Shown here piece after piece: positions 38,874-52,500 of a stretch of DNA of 64,000 nt. Source of the stretch: Piromyces finnis finn (lineage: Eukaryota > Fungi > Neocallimastigomycota); the NCBI GenBank assembly GCA_002104945.1, contig MCFH01000070.1, positions 62,001 to 126,000 of the forward strand. Direction: 5' to 3'. Under the pieces are notes generated by a model, which did no database searches, was not told where the DNA came from, and worked only from the letters and a program-made list of their open reading frames with translations. Positions within the stretch are counted from its first letter, which is position 1. Each line of letters begins with the position of its first letter. Position numbers and translations under genes: made by a program.

Positions 38874-40015
38874 TTTTTATTTATATTCTTTGGAATAATA
38901 AAAAAAAAAAAAACATACAAATTAATATAATTTAATAGTACTATTTTTATATATATAATAAATTTTTTTATTTTAATATTTAAAATCTTTTTTTTTTTTT
39001 TTAAACGATCTTAATGATTCACTTTTTAATTCATAGATTTTTTTAATTTATTAATTTATATATATATATTTAATTACTTTTTTTTTTTTTTTTTTCCATT
39101 TTATAAAAAAAAAAAAAAGAGTAAAAAAAAAATAAAAAAATTAAAATAAAAATAATTATTAAAAGAAGTTTTTTTTTTTTTTTTTTTTTTTATATCATTT
39201 TATTTTGTTTTAATTATAAATAAAAAAATATTTTTTAAGTTAGTTTTATTTAATGTCAATTTATAAAATTATATAAAAATATGAAATTTTGACTTTTAAA
39301 AAGATTCCTTTTTATTTTTTTTTATTTTATTTTATTTTATTTTTTTTTTATTATTATTATTTTATTATCTTATTGTATTAAAATAGGAAAATTAAGTAAT
39401 ATACATTTATAATAATTATTAAAATGAATTTTATAAATTTTTTTTTTTTTATTGATATAACAAAAAAAAAAAAAAATAAAAAAATAAATAAATAAATAAA
39501 TATTATTATTTAATTTTAAAACAATAAAAGAGTAAAAAAAAAAAAAAAAAGAAAGAAAGAAATCATAATAATATAAAAAACAATTAATTATAATGATAAG
39601 AAAGTCGATTAAATAAAGTTAAAAAAAAAAAAAAAAAGCATGTTTTAAACAAAAATAAAAACAAATAATTTTATATATCTTTTTTTTCTTTTCATTATAA
39701 TATATATTATAATATTAAATATTTCCACTGCTGTGACATGTCTAGAATACAAAATAAATATATAATTATAAAGTTTTGTCTTAATTTAAAAAAAAAAAAA
39801 AAAGCAAAAAAAAAATTCAATATTTAAAGATTGAATTTTTTTTTTTTTTTTTTTTTGTTGTTGTTGTTGTTATTATTATTTAACACTTATTTATATCTTC
39901 CATTCTTTTTCATTATTAATTTTTTTTTTATATATATATTTTTTATATTGTTTGTTAAAAAAAAATATATATTTTTTTAATTATTACTTTTTAAATTATA
40001 TTATTATTATTTCAC

Positions 40016-42740
40016 TTAAAGATAAAAGCTTGGAAGATGTGTTTTTTTTCTTTCTAATCCTTGAACAAACGTTTGAAATTTCATTTCTTCATTACTTATT
40101 ACTGATTTAATTTGTGTACTGGATGATGTTGATGTCGTTGTAATTGAAGTGGGTGATGAAGAAAGAGTTGTTGATGATGTTATATTATTGTTATTATTAG
40201 TATTATTGTTGTCGTTGGTGTTATTATTACTACTTGTATCATTATTAATATTAGTATTCATTGATGAAGCAGGGGAAGGTGATTTTACATTTCTTAGTGA
40301 AGAAGGTGTTTGTACTGAAAGAGAACGATAATGATTTAAATATTGAGGATCCCATGTTCTTGTACGATGGAATAGTTTATTCTCTTTTTTGAAAGGTATA
40401 CTTGATAAAATTGATGGATATCCTGGAGAATTAACAATAACATTTCCATTACTATTTAAAATAGCATTAATCTTCTTCATACCTTCATTATTAAAAACAT
40501 CATTACCCACATTAATTGTACGTTCTACTGATGAAGTACGGTTGAAATTTGGAGAGGTAACTGATGAATTTCTACGATTAAATCCACTTTTATTAGGTTT
40601 ATCAGGTGGTCCAGTGGTAATAACTATTGGACAACGAATGTTATTATTAGAGGTATCCCGACTTTGTTCTTCACTTTGCTTTATTTCTTTCTGTTTTTCC
40701 TCATTTAATGTATCCATTAATTTACTTAATACACGATTCATTGAGGAGGCTAATTCCTTTATTTTATTTGTTGAGGATTCTGGGGAGGCATTTTTATCGT
40801 TATTGTTTGAATTATTATTATTTATAAGAGGATTTAAAAGCATTGCTAATCCTTTATTTGAATTAAAGTTATTAGTCGTTTTTGATTTTTCATCATTTTG
40901 ACTTTCTTTACTATCTTTTGAACTTTGAGATTGATCAAACTTTGCTGTTTCATTCATAACATCTTCTGAAAGTGAATTTAATTGCTCTATGATATTAAAA
41001 ACCTTTTTATATTTTGTTTGAATTTCACCGACACTTTGAACAACTAAATGTTTTTGAGTTAATTCATTATTATCATTATCAATGACTTCTTTTTCTGATT
41101 TTGTCTTTTCATTAATTACTTCTTCTTCAATTTTTGTTAAATCATTACTTTTTTATATGAAAAAAATGCATATATGGATAATGAACATAAAATAAAATTT
41201 TAAATGTCAATTAAATATTTTATTAATTAATATAATTATATGATAACTATGAAACTTACGAATTATTTATGTCGTCATTACTATTGCTGTTACTAATTGA
41301 AATGGATTCTTCTTCTTCTTCTACTAACGTTGAAGTACTATCGGTTAATCGATTAGAACTTTTATCATACTGTGATTCATTATTAGTAGCATTAGAGTGT
41401 CTTCTTTCAATTTTTATATCATTTGGATCAGTCACTGGTTTTTTATCCTTATTTAGTTCTTTTTCAATTTCCTTTGGTTTTAATTCTATTGCTTTGGTTG
41501 CATCATTAATTAAAAAATCTAATTTTGCACAAATTCTTTTAAATTGTACATCAATATCCTCATTTGATTCACTATTTTCTAATATCGATGTTAAATTTTC
41601 AACCTCCTATATTAATTAATAATAATTAATAAGAATGATAATTATTGTATAATTATTAAAAAAATTTTTAAATCTTACTTTTTGTTGGGGTATAGATGAA
41701 GATACTTCTGAAGAGTTATCTTTATTAGCATGTTGAGGATGTCTTGGTATTATTTTTATTTCTGAACCGTCATCTTTATTAAGTAATAAATCAAACAATA
41801 AATCATCATCAGTTGTACTGTTTAACGTTGAGGCCGATTTTAAACTAAATAATATGAGAAATAGTAACATATTTTAAATTAGCATTACATTATTATTTAC
41901 TTAGCCATTCACTTTTTCTATGAAAAAAAAAAAATAAATACATACTGATCTATTTGTAATTGTAATTGTTCCATTTTAAGATTTTGTTCCTTTATTGTAC
42001 ATTCGAGTGACTCGTTTATTGATCTTAAAGATTCATTCAATATTTCTAAATCCATAATCTAGAAAAAAAAAAAGAGAATTATATAATTTTTTTTTAAAAA
42101 AAAAAGAGTGAATATTTTTATATTGTTTAATGTTTACTTTTATACAAAATATATTTACTTTTCTTAAAGCTCTATCATTAGCTTGATCATTTATACTTAT
42201 TGCAAGTAATTTATTGTCACCAGTCAAAGAGCCATTTGGTATATCATAATTTGATGAATCAATCGACATCTTTTTCATTATATTCTATCATAATTAAAAA
42301 TATTTAAGTATAAAAAGTAAAAATAAAATTTATATAATCATTATTATTATGATATTTACATTATTTTTTATTGGAATTGGTGGTCTATCGGTAGTACTTA
42401 GTGAAGTGCGCTTAATGGAAGAACGTTTTGGGATTGTACCAGTATTACTTAAACTTCTTCCACTATTATACGAATTAACTGAATTTTTACGATTTTGATG
42501 ATATGAATTTATATTATTACTAGCATTAGAAAGCTCACTACAATTAGTTGAATCTGAAGAATCAGAAAACCCATCAAAATCTTGTTGCAATCTAATATTA
42601 CTAGAACGTGTAGTTCTTTGTTTTATTTTTATTGCACCTTTTACTTGATTTCTTTGGCTATTACTACTTGAATGTTCATGTAAATGAACACCAACCACTT
42701 TTGGTGAGGAAGATAGACGTGAATTATATTTATAAGACAT
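40016..42740 (-). CDS. Hypothetical S/N-rich protein with central coiled coil, 6 exons, about 750 aa
   Basis: Exons ~42740-42355, 42290-42167, 42060-41946, 41844-41680, 41610-41260 and 41147-40016 join in frame at GT-AG sites. Coiled-coil segment RALRKIMDLEILNESLRSINESLECTIKEQ. No named domain recognised. Confidence 0.7.
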
Positions 42741-45700
42741 TTTTTTTCCTATATTTTTATTTCAATTTAATATTTATTTTTTTTTTTTTTTACTTTTATA
42801 ACTACAATTTTATTTTATTTTTTTTTTTTTTGCTTATGTTTGTTTTGTTTTTTAATATTCTTATTATATTATTATTATTCTTTTTGTTTTTATTAATTGT
42901 GTGTTTTTTATTTCTTTCTTGTTTTCAAATTTTTTAATTTTTATTTTCTAAATTGTTATTATTTTATTTATAATTTGATTAAGATTTTTCGTTTTTTTTA
43001 TATTTTTGTTTTACTCTATTAAATTATTTTTTTTTTTTGAATATTTAAACTGGTTTATTTTATTATTATTTATTATTATTATATTTATTATTACTATATT
43101 ACTATTAATATTGATTTTGATTTAAATTTTAAAAAATTATAATTTATTTACTATTTTTGATTAATTGAAAATATTTAATATTTATAATCTAAAAGAAATT
43201 ATTATATAATTAATTTTGAATTTACTTTTAAAAATAAATATATACATTATACTATTTCGAATATTGTATAAAATATCATGGAATTTTATAATAAAATTAA
43301 GTATTCATATAGATTTGTTTTAATTCTATTATAATATTTGATTTAAAAAAAATAGATTTAAAATTTAATAATATATTTATGAAATTGACTTTGAATTATT
43401 TTAATTTAATGTGACTAGTATTTTTGGTATAAATTTATGTAATATTCTCTGTCAAAGAAAATATAATAAGAAATAATATTGTGTATTTTTTTTCTATTAG
43501 AAATCTAATGTTTCTTAAAATATTAAAAAGATGGTAGGTAGGGTTGTATTAAAACTTAGGATGAAAAAAAAAAAAGGATTTAAATAATAGTTATAATGTA
43601 TAAATATCAAGAATTATAATGAGGAGGGGTAGAAGAATATATATATGAATTTGCTGAAATTAATATGGTTAAAGTATTATCTGTTGCTTGTTATTTTCTT
43701 TTTCTTATGGTTTAATTTAAAAATATTAAGATTAATCAAAATGATAATTATAATTCATTATTAAAAGTTTTGATTTTTATTATTATTATATTTATTTGTT
43801 TTTTTTTTTTTTTCTTTATTTTTTTTTATAATTTAATATTGATTAGTTTTATTTAATTCATCATTTAAATTAAATAAAGCTGCATCTTTTTTAAGATTAT
43901 TCAATTATAAAAAAAAAAGGTATGTTTATGTTTTTTTTTTCTTCTTTTATAAATTAAAATATATTCTTATTCCATTTATATGTATTACAATAACATCAAT
44001 TTGAAATGCATTCTTATTATAATAGCATAATAGATAAAATCAAGAATATATCCCAATACTTTTTTTTTCTATCTTTTTGATTTTTATTTTAAAGAGAAAT
44101 ATAGAAAAAAAAAAAAAAAAAATTATTATTTTTTGTAAAATATGGATATATTAAATAAATAAATAATTTTTTTTTTTTTTTTTTGGGAGTAAAAAACTTA
44201 AAGAATTATTTAATTATAATAAATTATTTTATTAATTAAAATTTAAAAAGGATATTTTATGATAATAATATAAAACATAGACATAAATTAATTATTTTCA
44301 AATACATTATAGATTATCAAAATATTTTAATTTATATTTAAATCATGTACATTAAACGAAGAAATGTATTAAGTAAAAATGTAGTAGCATATAGAACGAT
44401 CTTTTCATTTTTATGTAACCTTCATTATATTACAATAATATATTGTTTAATATATTTATTTACACATTTTATATTAATTAAAGTATATTCAATAATATAA
44501 TGTAAGTTTGAAATCTTTGTGTAATTCATCAAATTACTTCAATAAAAAAACTAAATGAAATATATAGAATACATATATCATCAATGTATTTTACTCTATT
44601 AAAAAATAATATTATTACATATATTAATATTTTAAATATAACTTTATTATATATAATATGAATTAAAAGGATCATCACTTGAATAATATTTTTTTCAATA
44701 TATTACTGAATATATTAGTAATCAATTAAATTTGAATCATTTTTAACATTTTAATTAATAATGATAATTAATAATATATTATTATGATATATATTTTAAA
44801 TTTTAAAATTCATTAAATTGAGACATATTGTATTAATATAGTAAAAAAAAAAAATTATTAAAATAGCAACCTTTTTACTTTTTTGTTTTTCTACTAAAGT
44901 TCTAATAATATATTTTTAAGAAAAATGATAATAATTATTAGTGTTTTAATGCTATTGGTATTACTGCTATTTTTATAAAAAGTTTAATAAAAAATAATAT
45001 TTTTATTATAACTGATATGTTTTAAAAATGATATTTGAAATTTGAATTATTGTGCCTGAAATAAATTTTAATGGTTTTATTATATTAATTTTTTTTTTTT
45101 TTTTTTGGTAAAATTACCTATTTTAAAAAAAAATAAAGGAGTCAGTTTTTCATAAAGAATCATCTTTTTTTATTATTAAACATTTTTTATTAGCCATCAT
45201 TATATTAAAATATTTTTTTTTATATTATAAAAAAACAAATATAGCTTAATGATTCTTTGATACTATACGAAATTCTATAGAAATAGAAATCGCATAAGCT
45301 GTTTTTAGTTTTCGTTCATTAATAAATAGAACTTTTTTTTATTCAATATAAAATAAATAGTTCAATTCCTTTACCTTAAAATTTAATTTATTCATTGTAT
45401 ATTTTTATGTAATCACAAGTAATTCATGTGTCCATTTAAATTTAAGAATTAAAAAAGAAATAAACAAAAAAATTCCCTTCTTTTTTTCATTCATTAAGAA
45501 ATATTCAATTTTTATTGGTTTTAAATTCTCCTGTTAATGTTTTCGTTTGTAAAAATTGGTAAATAGTCATTGTATACAAAATATTATAAATTCTCCTTTG
45601 TCCTTTTACCTTATCTTGTATAATATCTTTTCGTTTGTCAATTCTAGAAATGTATAATTTTTTGGTTGATTTATACTTTTAAAACCTTTAAATTCTCTTA

Positions 45701-46257
45701 TAACTAATTTAACTCACCAAGAATTAATAAAAGAATTTTTAAAAACTACCTTTATGAAAAAAATGATTATCATAATATTTAAAATATATTAAAAAAAAAA
45801 TTATAATATGTATAATGAATTATTTAAAATGCACCATAGATATAGAATTTATATGTGAAAACTTGGTTTTGTATATTTATTATATGATAATAAATAATTT
45901 GATCCAGTATTTCCTTCCTTCATTATTAACACACTTTATTTATATTGAAATTAAAATAGATAAATAACTATCTATTTTTATATTTATAAAATGATTTATT
46001 ATTATTATTATTATTTATGATTTAATAAAAATATAAAATAAAAACAGAAAGGTGTGTTCTACCAATAAATAGTGTATGATATATGAAAATTTACTAAAAC
46101 TATAAAGTATCAATTAAATCTCTATTTCGATGTTCATAATAACTTAGATAAAATAAGAAAAAAAAAAAAAGAAAATTGATAAATTAACAAAGAATTTATA
46201 AAGTGTCCGAATATTTTAATTATGAAATATCCTTAATACTAAACTATATTATATTTC

Positions 46258-47703
46258 TTATTTAGCTTTTTTATTCTTGCCCTAAATAAATTAATAATAA
46301 AAAAAATATAAATATAAATATTGTAATTGTTATAAATTATTATATTACTAGGACATAAGTATAATGCTACATACCCCTTCTTGGTTCTTTCTTTTTCTCT
46401 TATTATTTTGTTTCTTTCCTTTATTATTGGTATTATTAGCTTTGGTATTTTGAACTGTTTTTACCTTTGGTGATTTTTCTTGATCAGTTGATTCTTTTTC
46501 TTCTTTTTCTTCCTTTTCTTCCTTTTGGTCTTCTTCAGTTTTTACTTCTTTCTCTACTTCTTCTTCATTTCCATAATTAAGTGGTGGAGCAAAGCATACA
46601 CAAGTAATTCTACATTCAGTCTTATATCTTGATATAGGTTCAACATCTTCTAAATCTTTCACAACGGTGGTATTATTTTCTTCGCTTTGCATTTCTTCAT
46701 CTTGTTCCATTTCAATTAAATCAAAAATACTTGTTAAATCCCAAACATTAATTATACCATCAGAAGAACAGGTACATAATAAATTAGCACCTTCATTTTC
46801 CATAACATCAATGCATTTAATACGAGTTTCAGAACCATTATCCCATTGAGCAATACACTTTTCAGTTTCGATATCATAAATTCTTACCTTCTTATCTTCA
46901 CTACCAGTAACAATATAGTCCTTACCTTCATGTTGAATAAAACGGAAGTCATTAATTCTTCCTTTGTGACCAAAGGTGTGACTTTTATTTGGATTTGCAG
47001 CATCATATAATATTACTTCTCTATCAAACATAATAGCGTAAAGGTTTCCAGTCTTATTCCAATAAATTCTTAAGGCATCTTTACGATAAAGTTTTAAGGT
47101 ATAGGCAGCCTTACCTTCAACTAAATTCCAACAACGTAAAGTTTTATCTGTACTTATAGATAAAGCTAATTTTCCTGAAGGATGAATAGCAACCCAGGTG
47201 ACACCACCCTTATGTCCTTTAAATGAAGTTAATTTTTCCCAATCCTTTGTACGCCATAAACAAATTTCACCATCTTCACCAGCAGATAACATATGAGTTT
47301 TTTGGTAAAAAGCAAGACAAGTGATGGTTCCTGAATGGTGAAGTAAGGTACCGACTTCCTTTCTCTTTTTTAAATCATATAATTTTATTACTTCATCGGT
47401 ACCACCAGAAGCCATATGATGACCGCCAATTCCAATACATTTAATGTAACTTATATGTGATGGATAAATGAAAACTGGATCAAGACGTAAAGCTTTATTA
47501 TTTGATGCGAGTCCAAGTGATGTTTCATCTATTTTTTTCTTTTTTTCAATTAATTTTGGATCAAGTGGTTCGTCGACATCTTTCATTTCAATATCATCAT
47601 CTGAATTATTAACATTTCCCCAAAAGGCATTAATTCCGTAAATTAATTTTTCATAAGTACCACAAACAATTCTAAAATCTTCCTTTTTTTGATTAGCTTC
47701 CAT
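46258..47703 (-). CDS. MAK11: WD40 60S biogenesis factor Mak11/PAK1IP1
   Basis: FRIVCGTYEKLIYG N-terminus; HMASGGTDEVIKLYDLKKRKEVGTLLHHSGTITCL; HKGGVTWVAIHPSGKLALSISTDKTLRCWNLV. Acidic/basic tail. A terminal intron at 46282-46374 gives the true C-terminus ...EGGKNKKAK*. Confidence 0.92.
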
Positions 47704-50700
47704 TTTTATTATTATTTATTATTGAAATATTAACTTGGTTAAATTGTAAAATATTGTAAAATATACAAATTGATTTGAAATGTTAATTTCTGAATTAATA
47801 GATTTTATTAAAATAAAGAGAAAAAAAGGGATTGCCTTAAAAAAAATTTATTATTAAAAATGAAATTAAATATACAATTTAGTATTAATTTAAATTTAAT
47901 TATTATTTTTTTTATAGTATATTGTTTTTTTTTTTTTTTTTATTTATTTTATTTTATTTTATTACTATTATAATTATTATTTATTGAAAACAATGGTAAA
48001 ATTTGTTAAAATTTTTATGGTATAATTTATTTTGAAATATAATTGACGATTATATTTTAAATCTATTGTATTTTAGTGACAAATAATTATTGAATTAACT
48101 TGACTATATAAAATAAAGAATTATTTTACTAATTATACTATGATATGGTATAACTAGAATATGAATTTTAATACCTATTTTTCCTTAATATTAATTAATA
48201 TTTATTAATAATTTAAAAAAAAAAAAAAATATAAAGATTTAAAAAATAACAAATTCAATGATTGGTTAAATTATTTATTTGAAGGTTTTTTTAAATTTTC
48301 AAAATAAATTAATTTAGAATAATACACTTTTTAGAAAAGTAGTTGTTTTAAAAGTAATAAAATTAGTTAACCATTTGTAATATGCATATACGTATAATGT
48401 TGATATATTTAAGTTTCAATATACTTTAATATTAGCATTTGTTTTTTGTATTATTCAATGTATATAATAATTAGTAATAAAAAATAAAGAATAAATAATT
48501 ATTCTTTCAAAGTCTTATTCTATAATTTGATTACTTTTATAAAAAAAAGTTTTCATTTTTTTTTTTTTGCTTTTGATATACTAACATTAAAAAAATAATA
48601 CATAGGAAGAAAATTTTTTAAAATATATTATATTTACTTTTTATATTTGAATTTTTTTAAAAAAAAAATAAAAAAAGAGGGTAAAATAAAATAATAATTT
48701 ATAAAAATGTAATGTTTTAAATATACTTGTTTTGATTTTTCAAATTTTAAAAATAAAGTAATTTTCAAATTATATTAAATATAAGAATTGTTATTCAGTT
48801 TTATTTTTAAATTTCTTTTTCTTTTCATTATATTTATTATGAAAAGTAATTAACATTATATAAAAGTAAACATTTATTACTTAATGAATACTACAACATA
48901 ATAGCAATATTATTATAAAGTATCTTTATTAATTATTGGCATATTAAAAAAAGAAAAGAACTGTATTATATTATAGATAAAGTATAAAAAATTAATATGA
49001 AACATCTAAATAATACTTGTATTAATATTTTGTAAATATCAAACAAAAAACATAATAAACACTATTTTGTGTTTTGGATAAATTAATTTTATTGATAATA
49101 AAGAAAATTTAGTAACATTATTCACTAAAAAATATCAATTATAAAAAATTCAACACTTGATAATATAATTTATTAATTAGTTATCAAATGCAAAATAAAG
49201 TAGACAATATGTATTTGTTCTATCATAAATATATATTTGTTTAATATTAAAATTAAAAAGTTTTTTATTATTACTATCTTGTTATATTCAGCTTATTATT
49301 ATTTAGAGTTTCTGTATAAGATGAATTAAATTCTTCACTCTGTGACTTATTATAACCTTAGTATTTCCATTGAATGGGAATAATTTTTATATTTTAATTT
49401 ATAAAAATTATTAATGCTTTATTATTTAAAAAGACTTTATTTCCAAACTTTATTATTTTAAATTTTACATTAGTATTCCATTTTAATTAATTTTAACCTA
49501 TGTATAAAATCAAATTTTTATTAATGGAACGAGAACCCAATGCAAATTATTCTTTTCATCTGTAAATAAAGTCAATGATTTGAATTTTTACATCTATTTT
49601 CAAAAAGTTAACGTGTCGGATTTCTATTTTGTTTAAGTCGTAGCTTATATAAAAACTTCTTCTTATTAATATAACCTTTTTTAGGGATTCATTGCTGCAT
49701 TATACTTAATATAGATAAAAATAAAATAATAAAATTTAATTTTTAAATCAAAAGTTATTTTTATATTTTAATTAAAATTTAATTTAGAATATGATAATGC
49801 TACACTAATTCACTTTGATGATTTAAAATGTACATACATTATTGATTACATTTATTTTTACGTATACTAATTAAAATGTAATAACTTTTTTACCTAACCC
49901 TTTATTAAATGACATTTTACTATTTCTATTTATATTTTGTATAACATCTAAATTTATAGTTATCCTATTTATTTTATTGGTTAAAATAATTAGGTATTAT
50001 TTTTTTCTCTAATGATAATAATAAAAGATTAAAGTTCCGGTGGCACTTTTTTCAAAACAATCCTATTATGTGTAACCCTAAATCAATTGCCACGATTTAC
50101 TTTATTTATTTTACTTTTACCCACACTTTAATTAATTCCTAATGTTTATCCTTTATGAATGATGGGATAGTATTATGTTTTTTCTTGTTCGTATTGAATT
50201 CGTTAGGCATTAATTAAAAAGAATAATTTAATAACTTTAAAAAGTATAATTCTGTCTTTATTAATTTATTTATTAAAAATAAACTTTATTCAAATAAAAT
50301 AATTCATTTGTACGTTTGATTGTTTCAATTTATGTTTTATGTTTCATTTATAGAATTCACTCTAATTCTTTTTATAAAAAATGGAGAAAAACTAAAGGGA
50401 GCTAAAAAGTCAGAAGAATTTTGATTTAGGTCATGGTGTTTACTATTCCTTTATTTCTATTTTATATTGATTATGTTGGTGGTAGGTGTAGGAATTTTAA
50501 CTATTTAATCAGTTATCTTTTTAAAAAGGCATTCAGTTAAAAAAAAAGGCAACGACAACAAACATTATTATTATTGTTAATGACTTGTATTGTTTAAATT
50601 AAATTTTATAAACAAAATAAATTTATGTTTATAATTACAATCATGACTACTATCATATAAAAATGGAGGCTCAACCTTTAGATTTGTAATAAAAAGAATG

Positions 50701-51084
50701 TAGCGATATTAATTTTGTAAATAAAAAGTACATTATCTTTACATAAGTAGCCTTTTTTTTTTGTATTCTAATATATAATAAGAATATTAAAAATGTAATG
50801 TATTAGAGGAATAATGTTTTTATTTATATTAATTTAAATTTTGTTATTAAAGTTATATTAATATTTATCATCATCATTAATAATAGTCTATTATTAATTC
50901 TTCCTAGCTTATGTTTTTGGATTTTCTATATAATTATCTAATTTTGCGAATTATAAACTATAGCTTGTTGTCTGTGAAAATTATCGATATGATTTTATTA
51001 TATTTTATTTTTCTATTATAGTTTCTAGACTTTTTATTTACTCCACATTTCAAAATGACAGCAACTTATTTTAATAATATATTA

Positions 51085-51134
51085 TATAAATAAATAAATC
51101 AATAAATAAATAAATAAATAAATCAATAAATCAA

Positions 51135-51177
<43 letters not shown>

Positions 51178-51285
51178 ATTAATAAATAAATCAATAAATC
51201 AATAAATCAATCAATCAATAAATAAATAAATAAATAAATAAATTAATAAATTAATAAATAAATAAATAAATAAATTAATAAATAA
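51085..51285 (+). repeat. (TAAA)n microsatellite with TCAA/TTAA variant units
   Basis: About 200 bp of tandem taaa interspersed with tcaa and ttaa. Confidence 0.9.
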
Positions 51286-52500
51286 TTTTTATTTATGTAA
51301 AATTGTTTTTTCTATATATTTTAATATATGAATAAATATATCATTAGTATACTTTTCAATGGAGTCATTGGATAATAATGGCACTTCTTAGTTTAATTAC
51401 AACAGATTAATTTATTATTATTATTTTTTTTAATGAGTAATTTTTATTTATAATAAATTGAAAATAATAAATAATAAATTAGTATTATATAAAAATGTAT
51501 ATTTATTCATATATTAATTAAATACCATTTTATATTTCATCAGTTTACAAAGAAAACAAATGTGAAACTTTAATAATTATTATTATGAAAAAACTTCATT
51601 TATTAATATAAATAGAATTATTATACTATTATTACACAAATATATAATAATATATCATTGAATAAATTGTATAGATATATTTTATTCTATGAAAGAATTA
51701 TAGATCAATAGACTAAATTTATACTTTTTCAAACTTTTTTAATTAAATCAATTCATTAATAACATATTATAATATAATGATAATATACATAAATTAAAAG
51801 TAATAAGAAATTAAAATTTTTTTTTTTTTTTCAAAAGTGTATAAAATTATATTAAAATAAATTTGATTTAATTTACTATATCATATATTAAATATTTAAT
51901 TTATTAGTAAAAAAGTATTCTATTTAGTATTCATAAAAAAATACAAAAAAAAAAAAAGTAAATAGTATCTTTAACTTTTTTTTGTAAAACAAAATCTATT
52001 CTATATCCAATTTTATTCATTAATATCATTATATCATTTTTTGAAAATCCTTTATAAACTATATCAAGATACTTTAAGAAAAAATACAATAAAATATATC
52101 AAATTTAAACTATATTTTAATGAATATAATAAAAATAATAAAAAAACATTTCATGTTTCATAATTAAAAATATTAAAAGTATTTGGTTTGTAGAATTAGA
52201 ATTAAAACATCAGTTGAAATTTCTTTATATACCGTATATAAAGAAAAATTCTATTGATGTTAAAAAAAAAAAAAGAGTCTTGGGATAATAAAAAAAATAA
52301 TTATTAGGATTGGAATTGACAATAAATCAATCAACAATATTTATATTTTTTATATATCATTAAGAAAGGATTAAAAGAAGAGTGAAGAGAAAAATAAAAT
52401 AAAGAAAATTGTAATTAATTTGTAAAGTTGAAAATAACTATTTTAGTAGAAAAGAATTAGTTACAATTTCTTTATAGTTTTGAAATATAACTCTTTAAAA

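Noticed and set aside
41901-41917. 17-nt micro-exon (tag|aaaaagtgaatggctaa|gtaaat) in the coiled-coil gene
   Set aside because: Including it breaks the frame and needs a 28-nt intron; skipping it gives an in-frame ~100-nt intron (ca|t tta aaa).
15140-46213. Recurrent TTCGAATA / TCCGAATA near gene ends (15140, 37432, 43256, 46206)
   Set aside because: A rough expectation from base composition is a few copies over this much AT-rich non-coding DNA, so there is no clear enrichment. It is not a heat-shock element spacing.
49560-49650. Minus-strand peptide IRHVNFLKIDV resembling FkbM methyltransferases
   Set aside because: About 30 codons bounded by stops, with no flanking motif; likely chance.
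15483-51285. CRISPR-like or tRNA/rRNA arrays
   Set aside because: The repeats are simple microsatellites without unique spacers. No tRNA T-loop/cloverleaf or rRNA-like GC-rich block was seen, and the locus is eukaryotic.
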